This document shows, piece after piece, positions 42,624 through 56,739 of a stretch of DNA of 64,000 nucleotides. The translations under genes were made by a program, and so were the position numbers. Numbering within the stretch: position 1 is the stretch's first letter; each line of letters opens with the position of its first letter. A model generated the notes under the pieces. The model was given only the letters and a program-made list of their open reading frames with translations, made no database searches and was not told where the DNA came from. The stretch is from Octopus vulgaris (Eukaryota): positions 86,056,001 to 86,120,000 of the forward strand of contig OX597814.1 in assembly GCA_951406725.2 (NCBI GenBank), read 5' to 3'.

Positions 42624-42715
<92 letters not shown>

Positions 42716-42791
42716 CATACACACATATATACACGACACGTTTCTTTCAGTTTTCGCCTACCAATTCCACTCAGATGACTTTATAAGTCTC

Positions 42792-42931
<140 letters not shown>

Positions 42932-43200
42932 TATGTGCGTGTTTAACCCTAATGATATTTCCAAGCCTTCTAATGTCTATGATAACCATAGATTCTAAGT
43001 CATTAAATCTCTTCTGTTACATAATTTTAAAATTTGTCATTTAATTTACAATCTCACTCTTTCTCTCTCACTTCCTGTCTCTCTCTTTTTCTCTCCTTCT
43101 CTTTCTTTCTCTCTCTTTCTTTATATATATGTGTATATGTGTATTTGTGTGATGTGTGTGAGCGTGTGTGAGCGTGAGAGTAAGTATATATGCGTGTATG

Positions 43201-43232
<32 letters not shown>

Positions 43233-43237
43233 CGTGC

Positions 43238-43300
<63 letters not shown>

Positions 43301-44249
43301 TTTGTATGTGTGTATGTGTATGTTCAACTTTAGTTGTTGCTGTAAAATTTAGTTTTATATATTTTTTGTCAAATTCTAAATTATATTTTTTTATCATATT
43401 CTGAACAAGTTTTACCATTTCTTTGAGCCTTATTATTTTTATTGTATTTTATGTCATATTTTTATTATACTCTAAGTCGTTTTCTTTTCTGAATCATAAT
43501 TTTTTATATTGTTTTCAGTCTAATTGTTTTTTAACCATGTTCTAAGAACTTTTTTTCTTATCATACATACTCTCGGTCTTACATTTCATCATATTCTAAA
43601 ATTTTACATTTTTCTCATATGAATTTTATTTTTAATTTATTTAGTTACGTATTTACTTCAGATTTTATCATTTTTTGGATCTTATACTTTTTTATTTTAT
43701 ACCTCTATATGATTGTATTTTTGTGTTTTTTATATACCTTATTCAACAATATTTAAATACATTTCGACTTAAATTTCATTTTTCTTTTACAATGTTTATT
43801 TATGATCCGCTTAGTATAAAAACTTTATCTTACCTTTTTTTTTTTATTAATAATTAAAAAAATAGTTAGTTGTTGCAAAATATCGTTATTGCGTTAATAA
43901 TGTTAATATTGGAAAATTGTTTTACACACACAACTTTGGTTGTTGTTATGTTTCTCAGACATTCTCTCAACGAAGTTTATGATATTTTATACACTACAAC
44001 ACACACGTACATAACAACAGATGCACACACGCATACACAGACAAATGCACTCACACACGTAAGTACATACACACACAATGTATATATAGTGAGGTGGTAT
44101 AAGGTTCTACACTCAGCGGTACACAAACTTTGAGCACTGAATTAGCTGTAACTTTCAGAAAAAGTATCATCTACACTTATTATATATAAGTTTATGTTTG
44201 CATAGAAGTTTAAGTATGTATGTGCGTGAGTGCATAAATACATAAAATG

Positions 44250-44716
44250 AATATGTATGTATGTATGTATGTATTTATGTATGTATGTATGTATGTATTT
44301 ATGTATGTATGTATGTATTTATGTATGTATGTATGTATGTATGTATTTATGTATGTATGTATGTATGTATTTATGTATTTATGTATGTATGTATGTATTT
44401 ATGTATGTATGTATGTATGTATGTATGTATTTATGTATTTATGTATGTATGTATGTATGTATGTATGTATTTATGTATGTATGTATGTATGTATGTATGT
44501 ATGTATGTATTTATGTATGTATGTATGTATATATGTATGTATGTATTTATGTATTTATGTATGTATGTATGTATGTATGTATGTATTTATGTATGTATGT
44601 ATATATGTATGTATGTATTTATGTATTTATGTATGTATGTATGTATGTATGTATGTATGTATGTATGTATGTATGTATGAATGTATGTATGTATTATGTA
44701 TGTATGAATGTATGTA
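44250..44716. repeat. Long compound (TATG/TATT)n microsatellite
   Basis: ~465 bp of tetranucleotide repeat. Representative of the many (TA)n, (TG)n, (GATA)n, (TACA)n, (TC)n and (TAT)n tracts that fill much of the window. Confidence 0.97.
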
Positions 44717-45027
44717 TTAAGAAGTTTGCTTCCCAGCCACATGGTTCCGGGTCCAGTCCGACAGCGAGGTACCTTAGGCAAGTGTCTTCTTCTATAGTCT
44801 CGGATCTACCAAAGGCTTGTGAGTGGATCTAGTAGACGGAAACTGAAAGAAGCCAGTTGCATATATGTGTGGGGGTTGCCTTTGTTAGTCTCCTACCACC
44901 GCTTGACAACTGGTGTCAGTATCTTTACGACCCCGTTACGTAGCACTTCGGCAAAAGAGATTGATAGAATAAGAGGCTTAAAAACCAATAAGTACCAACC
45001 ATAATTTTATATCTAAAACAAGTAAAA
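44717..45027 (+). mobile_element. SINE family A, diverged
   Basis: Contains ccacatggttccgggtccagtcc, ggcaagtgtcttct and gatagaataag. Confidence 0.8.
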
Positions 45028-45045
45028 GGCCTTGCCTGTTGACTG

Positions 45046-45092
<47 letters not shown>

Positions 45093-45093
45093 C

Positions 45094-45187
<94 letters not shown>

Positions 45188-45225
45188 TATATACTATATA
45201 TATCATATATATACATATATATACG

Positions 45226-45301
<76 letters not shown>

Positions 45302-45603
45302 TATATATATATATACATATACGTATATATATGTATATATATGACATATATATATATATATTCTTACTCGTTTCAAGATGGATTATTCGATTCATTCCCA
45401 CACAGTTTTTTCTGTTTGAAAATTTGAAAATTTTCGTAACAACTGCAACAATGTCTGTTTGTTCAAAACCGGACTTGCTAGCCGTATGAGATACCATGAC
45501 AACATTTACTAATCAAAATTATGGCCTTTCTCTGTAAAGAAATGGCACTCACCATATATACTTACATACACACATACAGACGCACATATCCATATATAAA
45601 AAA

Positions 45604-45639
<36 letters not shown>

Positions 45640-46288
45640 GTGTGTGTGACCTTTCACAGATGCATTTGCGTAATTGTTTGTACGTTATACAGTGCATGAA
45701 ACAGAACATACTCAGCCATGAGCGTATCATATTTCACCAGTTTATATTACATATCTAATGATCTTGTTATACAATGCTGAGGTCTTTTAAAACATTGTTT
45801 AAATATTTCAGGGTTAATAAAAGCGTGTCGACATTCATATAGAAATATATACACGATCGTTTCTGCGTTAAGTTACATGATAGCAGTTTCTATATTGTCA
45901 TATGGTTGTATCACACGAAATTTCTTACAACAAGGACTGCCAAACAAAAGCGAAATGACAAGTGAATATTTCAGCTGCAGGCTGCAGAAAAACAGGTACA
46001 CATGCACGTATTGTGTCTGTAAGTGTGTGTGCATGTGTGAGTGTGTGTGTGTGTGTGTGCGTGTGTACACGTACACACATGTTGTAATGCTTCGCTTACG
46101 TATAGCGAGAATTCAATAGAGATAAACTTAATTTAATATTAAGCTCTGTACACGTTATTCTGAAAAATATGTGTATGTGTGTGTTTAGAGAGAGAGAGGG
46201 GGGAGAGAGGGGGGACAAGATAGATAAACAGAAGACAAGAATATATATATATATATATATATGCATATATATATGTATGTAATGTATG

Positions 46289-46319
<31 letters not shown>

Positions 46320-46643
46320 TTAATAAGGGTGAGAGAATTAGATACTAATTTAATAGTATATTTATTCAACACCAAGTGGCCTAACTGGATTAACTGGTGC
46401 TAGAGTGAGCAATATAGTGACCACTCTCTTATATTTATTATATTATTTATATATATATATATATATATATTTCTATATATATATATAATATATAATATAT
46501 GTATATATGTATATATATATATATAATATATAATATATAATATATGTATATAATATATAATATATAATATATATATATAATATATAATATATAATATATG
46601 TATATAATATATAATATATAATATATGTATATATATTATGTAT

Positions 46644-46713
<70 letters not shown>

Positions 46714-47107
46714 AAAACTGCATTAAATAAACAACGATAGCTAAAAAAGACCTACACGTAGAACAGACACAGAAGAACCCTAATTCTTCATCAGTTATCA
46801 ACCGAATAGTAATACTCAGTTTCATGTCTTTAATGATAATACTGGGAACTTTGCATATCGGTGGTACCTGCAAAATTTGCGGAGAATTAGGGCTTCGAGC
46901 GAACAAAACGATACAGAGTGGACGTACAAAAGTAAACAGATGTAATTTAAGACGATTGACAAATATGGAATAGATACGGCCTTTGGATATATGAGTGTTC
47001 TTGTGTGTGAGTGAGTATATTTCTATACATATATATATATCAAATGGTGATGGGACTGGGACTAGCGAAAAACACAACGGCACACAGTCTTGTACAAACA
47101 AACATAT

Positions 47108-47275
47108 ATACGACGGGTTCCTTTCTCGTTTCGTCTACCAAAACCACTCACAAGACTTTCGTTGGCCCGGCGTTTATAGTAAAAGACACTCGCCCGAGAT
47201 TCCATGCAGCTTGACTGAACCCGAAATGATGTGGTGGAAAAGCAAGCGTATTTCAACACAGCCATGCTTGCGTCC
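47108..47275 (-). mobile_element. SINE family A, 5' half, diverged
   Basis: Contains ttcgtctaccaaaaccactcacaag and acacagccatgcttgcgtcc. Confidence 0.75.
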
Positions 47276-47327
47276 ATATGTATGCATGTTTGTATGCGTA
47301 TGTTTATAATCACGTATATGTGTATAC

Positions 47328-47368
<41 letters not shown>

Positions 47369-47392
47369 TATATAAACATATATATATATATA

Positions 47393-47425
<33 letters not shown>

Positions 47426-47437
47426 ATATGTATATAT

Positions 47438-47486
<49 letters not shown>

Positions 47487-47510
47487 CTTACATACATATA
47501 TAAATACATA

Positions 47511-47542
<32 letters not shown>

Positions 47543-47543
<1 letters not shown>

Positions 47544-47937
47544 CTTATATATAAAAGAGAAGTTGTGTGTCTGTCTCCTACGATTTAGGTTCCTAACTAC
47601 TCCCACATTTTGCGGTGCAGTTTAACCAAAACCGGGTATCTTATAGTCGTGATTCATATCGAGCCCTTCTGGGTATTAGCGCGCGTCTACGATGAGTCTA
47701 CGATTTTAAAAAAAATTACCATCATTTTTTTCCATTTTAATGCATTTTTTCGCTATTATATAAGGGAAATAACTCTCTAAAAATGTCTACGATGAGACAA
47801 CGATTTAAAAAAAAATTTGCCATCATTTTTTTTCCATTTTTAATGCATTTTTTTGCTATTTTTGGGCTATAACTCTTTAAAAATGCTTATATAATTATTT
47901 CTCTTACAAACCCGAGCAACGCCGGGCGATACTGCTA

Positions 47938-47938
<1 letters not shown>
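47543..47938 (+). mobile_element. Non-autonomous Helitron
   Basis: 5' TC (tcttatatataaaag), 3' CTAG, subterminal hairpin cccgagcaacgccggg (47911-47926), inserted between A and T in a (TA)n tract. Internal ~100-bp tandem duplication at 47685-47886. Confidence 0.9.
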
Positions 47939-47979
<41 letters not shown>

Positions 47980-48124
47980 AAAGAAAGAAAGAGAGAAGAT
48001 ATCTCTGGATGAATGCAGTAAATTTGTCTTTCACAATGCAGTCACGTTAAGTATGATACACAGATGGCTATTTCAATCTAATACTGCTTCTGCTGCATAT
48101 AACAGACACACATATATTTATATA

Positions 48125-48495
48125 GGCGCAGGCGTAGTTTTGCAGTAAGAAGCTTACTTCCCAACCACATGGTTCCGGGTTCAGTCCCACAGCGTAGTAC
48201 CTTGGGCAAGTGTCTTCTACTACAGCCTCAAGCCGACCAAAGCCTTGTGAGTGGATTTGGCAGACGGATAGTGAAAGAAGGCCATCGTATATATATATGC
48301 ATATGTTTGTGTGTCTATGTCCCACCGCCATCACTTGACAACTGATGCTGGTATGTTTAGACAAAAGAGACCGACAGGATAATTACGAGGCTTACAAAGA
48401 ATAAGGCCTGGGATAGATTAGTTCGAATGAAGGCAGTGCTCCAGCATGGCCGCTGTCAAATAACTGAAAAACGTAAGAGAATAAAAGAATAAAAG

Positions 48496-48497
<2 letters not shown>
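48125..48497 (+). mobile_element. SINE family A, near full length
   Basis: Head, core and tail motifs as in 16601-17009. Confidence 0.9.
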
Positions 48498-48581
<84 letters not shown>

Positions 48582-48950
48582 TCGATATATATACATGTAC
48601 ACACACACATGCGGACACACACGCGCATGCACACACACTCGTATAAGATATATATATATATATGAACACAAACACATAAATACACACTGTTCTACATATA
48701 TACATAAATACCGTGGAGTAATTCAATGAGATAACTGTAACTAACTTGCTTACATATGAATCGTCAGGGAATACATTACATTGGTATTAGATTTAAGATG
48801 GAACATTCACTGATAGCATGACACGAAAGAATCATTCTAGCTATTCTCCATCTATCTATCTATCTATCTATCTATCTGTTTGTCTGTGTCTATCAATCTA
48901 TCTACCTTTCTATATATATATATATATCTGTGTGTGTGTGTGTGTCAATA

Positions 48951-48981
<31 letters not shown>

Positions 48982-49059
48982 ATGTATGTATGTATGTATG
49001 TATGTATGTATGTATGTATGTATGTATGTATGTATGTATGTATACACACACACACAGCT

Positions 49060-49250
49060 GAAGACAAAAGTCGAAAGCAGGTGTATGAACAACAAGCAAG
49101 AATATGAGTTTGACGCTCGGGAAAATGAATATGTCTTTTACGTTTCCAGCCTACGCTCTTCAGCAGAAAGGAATAAGAAAAAAAGTAAACAGAAAGAAGA
49201 TGAAAAAAACTGAGTGAGAATGAAAAAACTTGTAGATTTAGCGATCAAGG
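49060..49250 (-). mobile_element. Short repeat with hammerhead-like motif (same family as 38620-38775)
   Basis: Minus strand 49170-49135 reads ctttctgctgaagagcgtaggctggaaacgtaaaag. Confidence 0.6.
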
Positions 49251-49434
49251 ACAGAGAATATATATATCATATTATATCATATCATATCATATCAACATCC
49301 TAGCACGTAGCCGCTCCCTGTTTCCCTGTTTTCATGTGTAACCACATGATATCAATTATCGTCAAATGAAAAGTATGACAGAGACGAAAATACGTCTGTG
49401 TATACAGACATTGCGGAAACCCTAACCTCTAACC

Positions 49435-49755
49435 TAGTGGTTGTCCACCACTTTTTGCCTTTTGATCTTTATTCTGTTCAGGTGGACCCCCGAAGCTATT
49501 CAATGTGTAAAATCTATTTTTATAGAGGCTCTTTTCTGAATTCCTATTTTGTTTTTCACACAAACTCTTGTGTAAGTTGGACAATAGAGAACGTTAGAAA
49601 AAGTAACCTAGTTACTTCTTGCCATATAAACATCTAAAGTAAAATATTTTGATGAAGAACCCTGTGGATCCTCAATTTATCATTTTGCTGGCATAGACCG
49701 CCAAAAGTTTTACATAGACCTCTGTAGTCATATAGGCCCAGGTTGAGAACCACTG
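49435..49755. mobile_element. Non-autonomous hAT (Charlie-like) MITE related to 17423-17659
   Basis: Ends tagtggttgtccacc and ggttgagaaccactg. Internal similarity to the reverse of 17423-17659. Confidence 0.7.
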
Positions 49756-50291
49756 CTTAAACATGTAGATATTTTGAATATATTCACTATATAACAATTT
49801 AATGAAAATACAACTAAAAATTTTAATAATTTGGGTGAAATAGATTGCTACAAGAATTTTAGATGTTCTATCTTGCTTCCTGATATTCCACTGGGTTTTT
49901 TTAAAGATATGTTTTAAGAAGCTTTATCTATTTGTGACGGGAAACACGAGGCCACGTGTGAGGGAAATATTTATAAGAAAATTTATACATTGCGTGTGTT
50001 CTTGTGTGTGTGAAAAAGAGAAAGAGCGAGAGAGTGTGTATGTGTTTGTGTGCATGTATGTGTGTGTACGTGTTTGTGTGTTTGCGCGCGCACGTGTGTC
50101 TATTACGCATGTACGTATTTACATGTATATGTGCATGCGTGTACGTGCATATCTATATATATATACACACACACACACACACATACACATGCACACATAT
50201 TTATATATACGTACCCAGATACACATTTATACATAATTACACACACACACATATATATACATATATACATATATATATATATACATGTATA

Positions 50292-50325
<34 letters not shown>

Positions 50326-50338
50326 CATATACATACAT

Positions 50339-50382
<44 letters not shown>

Positions 50383-50464
50383 GGCAGTTTGTCTGTGCGT
50401 GTTTCTGTGTGTCTATTTGTTACCCTCATGATATATGTATGTATACATGTATGTATATAAACTG

Positions 50465-50660
50465 TGTGTATGTCTTTATGCCAGTGTTTGTCCCTCTCCA
50501 CTGCTTGACAACTGGTGCTGGTGTCTTTATGTCCTCATAATTTAGCGAATTGGCTAAAAGATACTGATAGAATAAGTAAGTCCCGGGGTCGATCTGTTCG
50601 ACTAAAACCCTTCGGGACAGTGTCCCAGCATGGCCGCAATCAAATGAGCGAAACAAATAA

Positions 50661-50705
<45 letters not shown>

Positions 50706-51000
50706 CACCATATATATATATATTATCCAGATGTATATATGCAATGTATACATGTATTGTATGTATATATCTGTGTGTGTCTTTATGTCTGTGTTTGTCC
50801 CTCTCCACTGCTTGACGACTGGTGCTGGTGTCTTTATGTCCTCATAATTATTACTCAGCTATTCGATAAAAAGCGATCGATGAAATATGTAGCAGAACTC
50901 AATGCCCAATGAAGACGGAGATCGATATCCTCAACGCAAAACATTGAATGTAGTGCTCCAGAATGGTTTCTGACAAATGAATGAAAGCAGTAAAAGAATG
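50465..51000 (+). mobile_element. Two tandem 3' halves of SINE family A
   Basis: gtgtttgtccctctccactgcttgac...gtctttatgtcctcataatt occurs at ~50484-50541 and ~50791-50850. Confidence 0.8.
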
Positions 51001-51188
51001 TCAAAATTTGTGTATGTGCGTGCGCATGTGTATGTGCGTGCGCATGTGTATGTGTGTGTATGTGTCTATGTGTGTGCGTGTGTATGTATGTATGTGTGTA
51101 TATGTTTGTCTATGTGTACATATGTATATTTGCCTATACGCAAATATCCACGTGTTCTTTATCTCAGTCACCCTCGCACACTTTCTCC

Positions 51189-51266
<78 letters not shown>

Positions 51267-51689
51267 CTATCTATCGATCTCTCTATCTCTATCTCTCTAT
51301 CTCTATCTCTATCTCTCTTCGTCACTCTCACTCTCTCCGCCCTCTCTCTCCCCCCTCTTTCTCTCCTCTCTCTCTTCCCCTTTCTCTCTCTCTCTCCCTT
51401 TAGTCTCTGTCTCTCGTTTTCTATTCCTCATACTTTTTGCTATCGCAGTCAGTCTCTTTCTCTCCCTCACACATACACTCACACACATTCACGTACTGTC
51501 GCACACACGCACACTCACTCACTCTCTTCTTCGTTTTCTCATTGTGTCTTTCCCCCTCACTCTCAATCCGTGTAAATTTTTCTCTATCTCTTATTCTCTC
51601 TGTATCCCTACCTCTGTCTCTATCCTTCTCTTAATCTCTATTTCTGTTTTTATCTACCGTTCTCTTTTTATCCCTATCTCCGTCTCACT

Positions 51690-51732
<43 letters not shown>

Positions 51733-52061
51733 CTCTTTCTCTCTTTCCCTCTCTATTTGATTTCCCATTAAAAAAATAGAAACCTCTTCCATTCACCCAA
51801 TTAATCTACTAACCAAATACACAGCAACGAAGTTGTAGTAAACAAGAAAATATCAATTTAGCTTAGTGCCATGTTAGCAAACAGAAGCTGTCGAGAGTTA
51901 TTTAAGAGTTAACTAATTATATAATCAATTTATTACCATTGTTGTTTTTTTTATGTTGTTATAAGATCTGTTACCAACCTGGTTTTTGCATTTAACCCTG
52001 CATGTTTGTCGATTTTTAAGTATGTATGTAAGTAAGTATAAACATACACGCCCTTTAAAGA

Positions 52062-52092
<31 letters not shown>

Positions 52093-52126
52093 ATGCTTGT
52101 ATGTATGTATATGTATGTGTTGTGTG

Positions 52127-52169
<43 letters not shown>

Positions 52170-52371
52170 TGATGTATGCTTTTCTTTTATTTACTTCAAT
52201 CATTAGACTGCTGCCATGTTGTATAGCATCGCCTGGAAGAATTGACCTCAGTACTTGTGTGTGTGTATGTGTGTGTGCGTGTGTGTGTGTGCGTGTGTGT
52301 GTGTATGTGAGTGTAGTGAATAGAGGAAATTGGATAGAGCAAGGCAAATTTGTTTTTAATGTTCTAGTTAC

Positions 52372-52453
<82 letters not shown>

Positions 52454-52547
52454 GGATACATACATACATACATACATACATCCATACATACATACATACA
52501 CACACACACAGATATGTATACATATATGGCATACCTGTGAATATATT

Positions 52548-52955
52548 TTTTTATTCTTTTACTTGTTTCGACTATTTGACTGTGACCATGCTGGAGTAGT
52601 GTGTTTAGTCGAGCGAATCGACCCCAGGACTTATTCTTTGTAAGCCAAGCCTAGTATTTATTCTATCAGTTCCTTTTGCCGAACCGCTAAGTTACGGGGA
52701 CGTAAACACACCAGTACCGGTTGTCAAGTGGTGGTGGGGAAGTCGGGGCCAACACAGACACAAAGATACATGTACACACACACATACACATATATACACA
52801 TACAACAGGCGTCTTTCAGTTTCCGTCTACCAAAACCACTCACAAGGTTTTGGTCGGCCCAAAGCTATAGTGGAAGACACTTGCCCAAGGTGCCACGCAG
52901 TGGGACTGAACCCCGAACCATGTGGTTGGGAAGCAAACTTCTTACCACACAGCCA
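52548..52955 (-). mobile_element. SINE family A, near full length
   Basis: Contains agacacttgcccaaggtgccacgcagtgggactgaaccc and cttaccacacagccac. Confidence 0.9.
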
Positions 52956-53413
52956 CACATTTGCCTGTATACAGCCACGCTTGCACATAAAATTTTAAGA
53001 ACAAAATCTTATATAGCCCCCCTAAGAGTCATAAGGACCCCGTTTGAGAACCACTGCTTTAGATTGTCACTTAGACGTTTAGTAATATAAGTGAATCGAT
53101 AATCATAAATGTCTATATGTATAAATGCATGTATATACGTGTGTGCATCTAAACACACACACGCAACCGCGCACAAACTCACACATACACACTCACACTA
53201 GCGTAGCTAGAGTGTGTGCCGCCCGTAGAGGCCCTTCAGTTTACCTCCCCGGGTCCCCACAAAACATACACATTGCCTACAGCAGACGCAAAAGTGGAGC
53301 CCATCCACCATAAAAATGCCCCCTTCTCGCTATTTAGTGTTATGCTTAGAAGCGTTGTACTTTACTAGAATTTTCCGACTCGGGTCCAGAAGAGCAAACC
53401 ACTCCAAATTCTG

Positions 53414-53613
53414 GGTAAGGACTAGTTTGCTTGTATAGGACTGGTTCAGTTGTAAAGGACTTGCTCGCTTGTAAAGGACTAGCTCACTGGTAAAGGACTG
53501 ACTCACTTGTAAAGGACAGACTCGCTTGTAAAGAACTAGCTCGCTTGTAAAGGACTTGCTCGCTTGTAAAAGACTAGATCACTTGTAAAGAACTGGCTCG
53601 CTTGTAAAGGACT
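53414..53613. repeat. 19-bp minisatellite, ~10.5 copies (consensus aaaggactagctcgcttgt)
   Basis: Direct tandem units with a conserved cttgtaaaggac half and a variable half. Confidence 0.92.
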
Positions 53614-53662
53614 GGAGTCGTATAACATTATACTAATAAAATCAAACCAAATATGAATATTT

Positions 53663-53844
53663 TGAACGCATTTCATACGCACGTTTCAAATCATTCTGGA
53701 GAGAGAAACATGTTGCAAGAGAGAAAAAAGTTAAGATATTTCAAAATATTTTGAAATGTCTTAACTGAAGAAGCGTTGTCTAAGAGAGATTCCGTTTTTC
53801 CTCTGATGCAGAAGGGATTGAAACGTGCGTATTAAATGCATTCA
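53663..53844. repeat. ~180-bp foldback with a 38-bp central near-perfect palindrome
   Basis: 53663-53689 matches the reverse complement of 53818-53844 at 25/27. Centre agttaagatatttcaaaat|attttgaaatgtcttaact (53729-53766). Confidence 0.85.
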
Positions 53845-53884
53845 TAACATCAGTATTTGGTTTCACTTTATCACTTTTATTATT

Positions 53885-54092
53885 AGCACTGGCAGAATCG
53901 TTAGTACGCTGGGCAAAATGCTTAGCGGCATTTCGTCCATCTTTATATTCTGAGTCCAAATTCCGCCGAGCTTGAATTTATCTGTCATACTTTCGAGTGT
54001 CGACAAAATAAGTACCAGTTGAGCACTGGAGTCAATGTAATTGACTTGCCCCTTACCCCAAAATTGTTCGCCTCCTGCCAAAATTTGAAACC
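53885..54092 (+). mobile_element. SINE family B (Nin-like)
   Basis: Runs ctggcagaatcgttagtacgctgggcaaaatgcttagcgg...gtcgacaaaataagtaccagttgagcactgg, with an (ATT)n(ATC)n(GTA)n tail. Confidence 0.85.
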
Positions 54093-54113
54093 ATTATTAT
54101 TATTATTATTATT

Positions 54114-54158
<45 letters not shown>

Positions 54159-54159
54159 T

Positions 54160-54199
<40 letters not shown>

Positions 54200-54701
54200 G
54201 TGGGTAGATAGGAATGCATGTGTATGTTTGTACATACATATATAACTCTATATACATGTATATTATGTATGTATATATATTGTGGGAGGGGGTGTTTAAT
54301 TTCTCTGAGTTTCTGAAGACATTGTTCCTTAGCCCAATTGGTCAATACGGAAATCGTAAGACGTATGATTAAAGGTACCTATTGTTACTACTTTGTCTTC
54401 TTGTAGATACTGTACACCCAAGCACGTATTATCCGGTATATTACTTTTTAAAGAGAACAGGGTGTAAATTGAGGAATGCTTGGCTGCTATTTATAGTAGG
54501 TCTAAAAAAACACGCAGAAACTTCCTTATTAGATCGCAAGGTATAGATTATGCATATTAGTTAAAGTGAACACGTATCTTGCAAATAACAAAACTAGGGT
54601 GTGGTTTCGCAAGCCATTATTCAAATAATGTTGTAATATATCGTTGTTTAACCCAGGATCATGTTTCATCAAACACGGTCACATTTACAATGATTGAATA
54701 A

Positions 54702-54870
54702 CAGTGCCTTCTTAAGGCATTGGCACACCGGGCAGTTAGCCGGGGATCCCACGGGTCAAGGGACCCATTTCTATCTATATATGTAGTGGCTTATTGTCAA
54801 TAACTAATTACTATAGGGCCAAGAACACTGATTTTCCCGAGGGACCTATAATGCTACTAAGATGGCCCTG
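54702..54870. mobile_element. hAT-type MITE, diverged
   Basis: TIRs cagtgccttctta and taagatggccctg. No clear TSD. Confidence 0.55.
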
Positions 54871-56739
54871 CAAAGACATTCCAAACCTTACCGTGCTGTT
54901 ATTTTTTTCTTTTTTGGTATTTTGGTTTCCATTATCTAATGTGTTCTCATTTATCAATATGATTGTGTGTAATTTGAAGCAGGTCAAAAGACCAAGTAGG
55001 TGGTTTCTTGTTGGCTTGCACATGTGATGCTTTGTATCTTATATTTCGAGAAAGTATTAAGTAAACAAGTAATGCATATCTCATTTCTTTCATATGTGGT
55101 TATGGAATCAATAAGCATATAATATTATGTTTTTATTTTCACATCTTGGAACATGTAAGTAACTGGATAAAAAACTTCCCCATTTAAACAGGTAATATTG
55201 ATGTCATATAATTTCATGTTTTTCCTCTGACTATTGATGTCATATATTTTCATGTTGATTATTTCATAAGAAATATCAACCAGAAATCCGTATACCAAAG
55301 ACTATTCGATAAATAATGCAACAGTTCAGTCCCCGGCTTAAAGAAAGGAAAACACTTGCTTATCACGTGATATATTAATTATTAAAGAAATCTAGAGCAC
55401 CAACATTCGCCGTCTATTTTTTAAAAATCATATACTATAAATCTAAACTTCTCAAAAAGATCATTAGCAATAGCATAACAACCCCAAGGTGGATCTAGAT
55501 TTTATGTTTAAACAATTTAACACAATGATCAAGTCACAAATTAAGACTTTTAGTTGTTCATATGAGGACGGGGCCTATGTAAATGAGACGCGAAAATTCA
55601 TGGACGTTAACTGGCAAACGGCATTTACAAAATTCTGCGAAAACCTTTTGAAGAAAACGGAACAATTTTTTCCCTTACATAATGCAACAAGCTTTCCACA
55701 TCCGTACCCACCTCGTCGTGAATATGTCGAAGAAATTCGTAGTATAGCCGAGCATAAGAACTCATTCAGAGCAAAACATCAGCACATACATTTTCTGGAA
55801 AGCCTCCACACTATATGTAAAAATTTCGATCCCACGGCCTAATATTTTGTCGTTTTTTTTTCTTATTTTGCTGTTACAAGATTTATCAAACGTAAATCGC
55901 ATGATTATTTGGTCTTTAATGTTGGTAAAAAGTTCCCATAGAAAACAACCACTCAGTAATTGCAGTAGCTTACTTTTGAGTATAAGGTTAAAACAATTCC
56001 CTATCAAAAAGGATACAAAATAAAACGACAATAGGAAGTCCTCCTGTGATACCGTCGCAGTTAGAGCAGTAGCTGGCGTGTGAGCCTCAACTGTAAATAG
56101 AAGAATGGATTTGTCATCAATAGTGTGGCGACAAGCATTTTCTAAATCGATTTTTTTAGGAACAGTAACAGCTTTTTGCTGGCCTAAATAATTCTTACAT
56201 TTCATTTAGGGTTTTAGTTTATCAAAAAAAAAAAATGTGTCACTCGTTTCCTCTAATTAACTAACAACTCAATGTTCCTTTTTAAAAGGTGGAACTTTGG
56301 GGCTTTTCAAAGGTAACAACCCATCAGTATCAATTTTGTGAATAATTCACCGTGAAGAGTTCAGGCCTTGGTAACAAAAAGCAAAAACGCAAATTTCGTC
56401 TTGGAATAAACACCCGACAGAATTGATATGCGTTTTACTAAAAACATACATTTTATTAGAGTTATATTAGAGATCTTTAACACATGGCAGAAATGCATGT
56501 AGGTTTCTGTTATAACCTTATCTACCACATTTAATGATGTCTACTTACGAGGTAAATTGGTTCATACCTCGTTGGAAACACGCCACAGCGTTCGTGAAAC
56601 TAAACCAAAGTCTTTTCTACTGACGTAGCTTTTTCAGTGCTTGAAAACCAGTATAAGAACGGTCGTTAATCTTTAATGTAGTTGATAACAGATATATTTC
56701 ATATCAGCCTTGCTAAAATATAATGCTACCATGTCGCAT

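Noticed and set aside
49418-49435. Telomere-like ccctaa units
   Set aside because: Only two or three degenerate units, compatible with chance.
53414-53613. Repeat-spacer appearance suggesting CRISPR
   Set aside because: The period is only 19 bp, the variable parts are related to each other, there are no cas genes, and the context is eukaryotic.
55489-56205. Two overlapping ORFs of 117 aa (+) and 147 aa (-)
   Set aside because: Only a vague PKKxDL resemblance to LINE RT. Insufficient to call; probably decayed transposon sequence.
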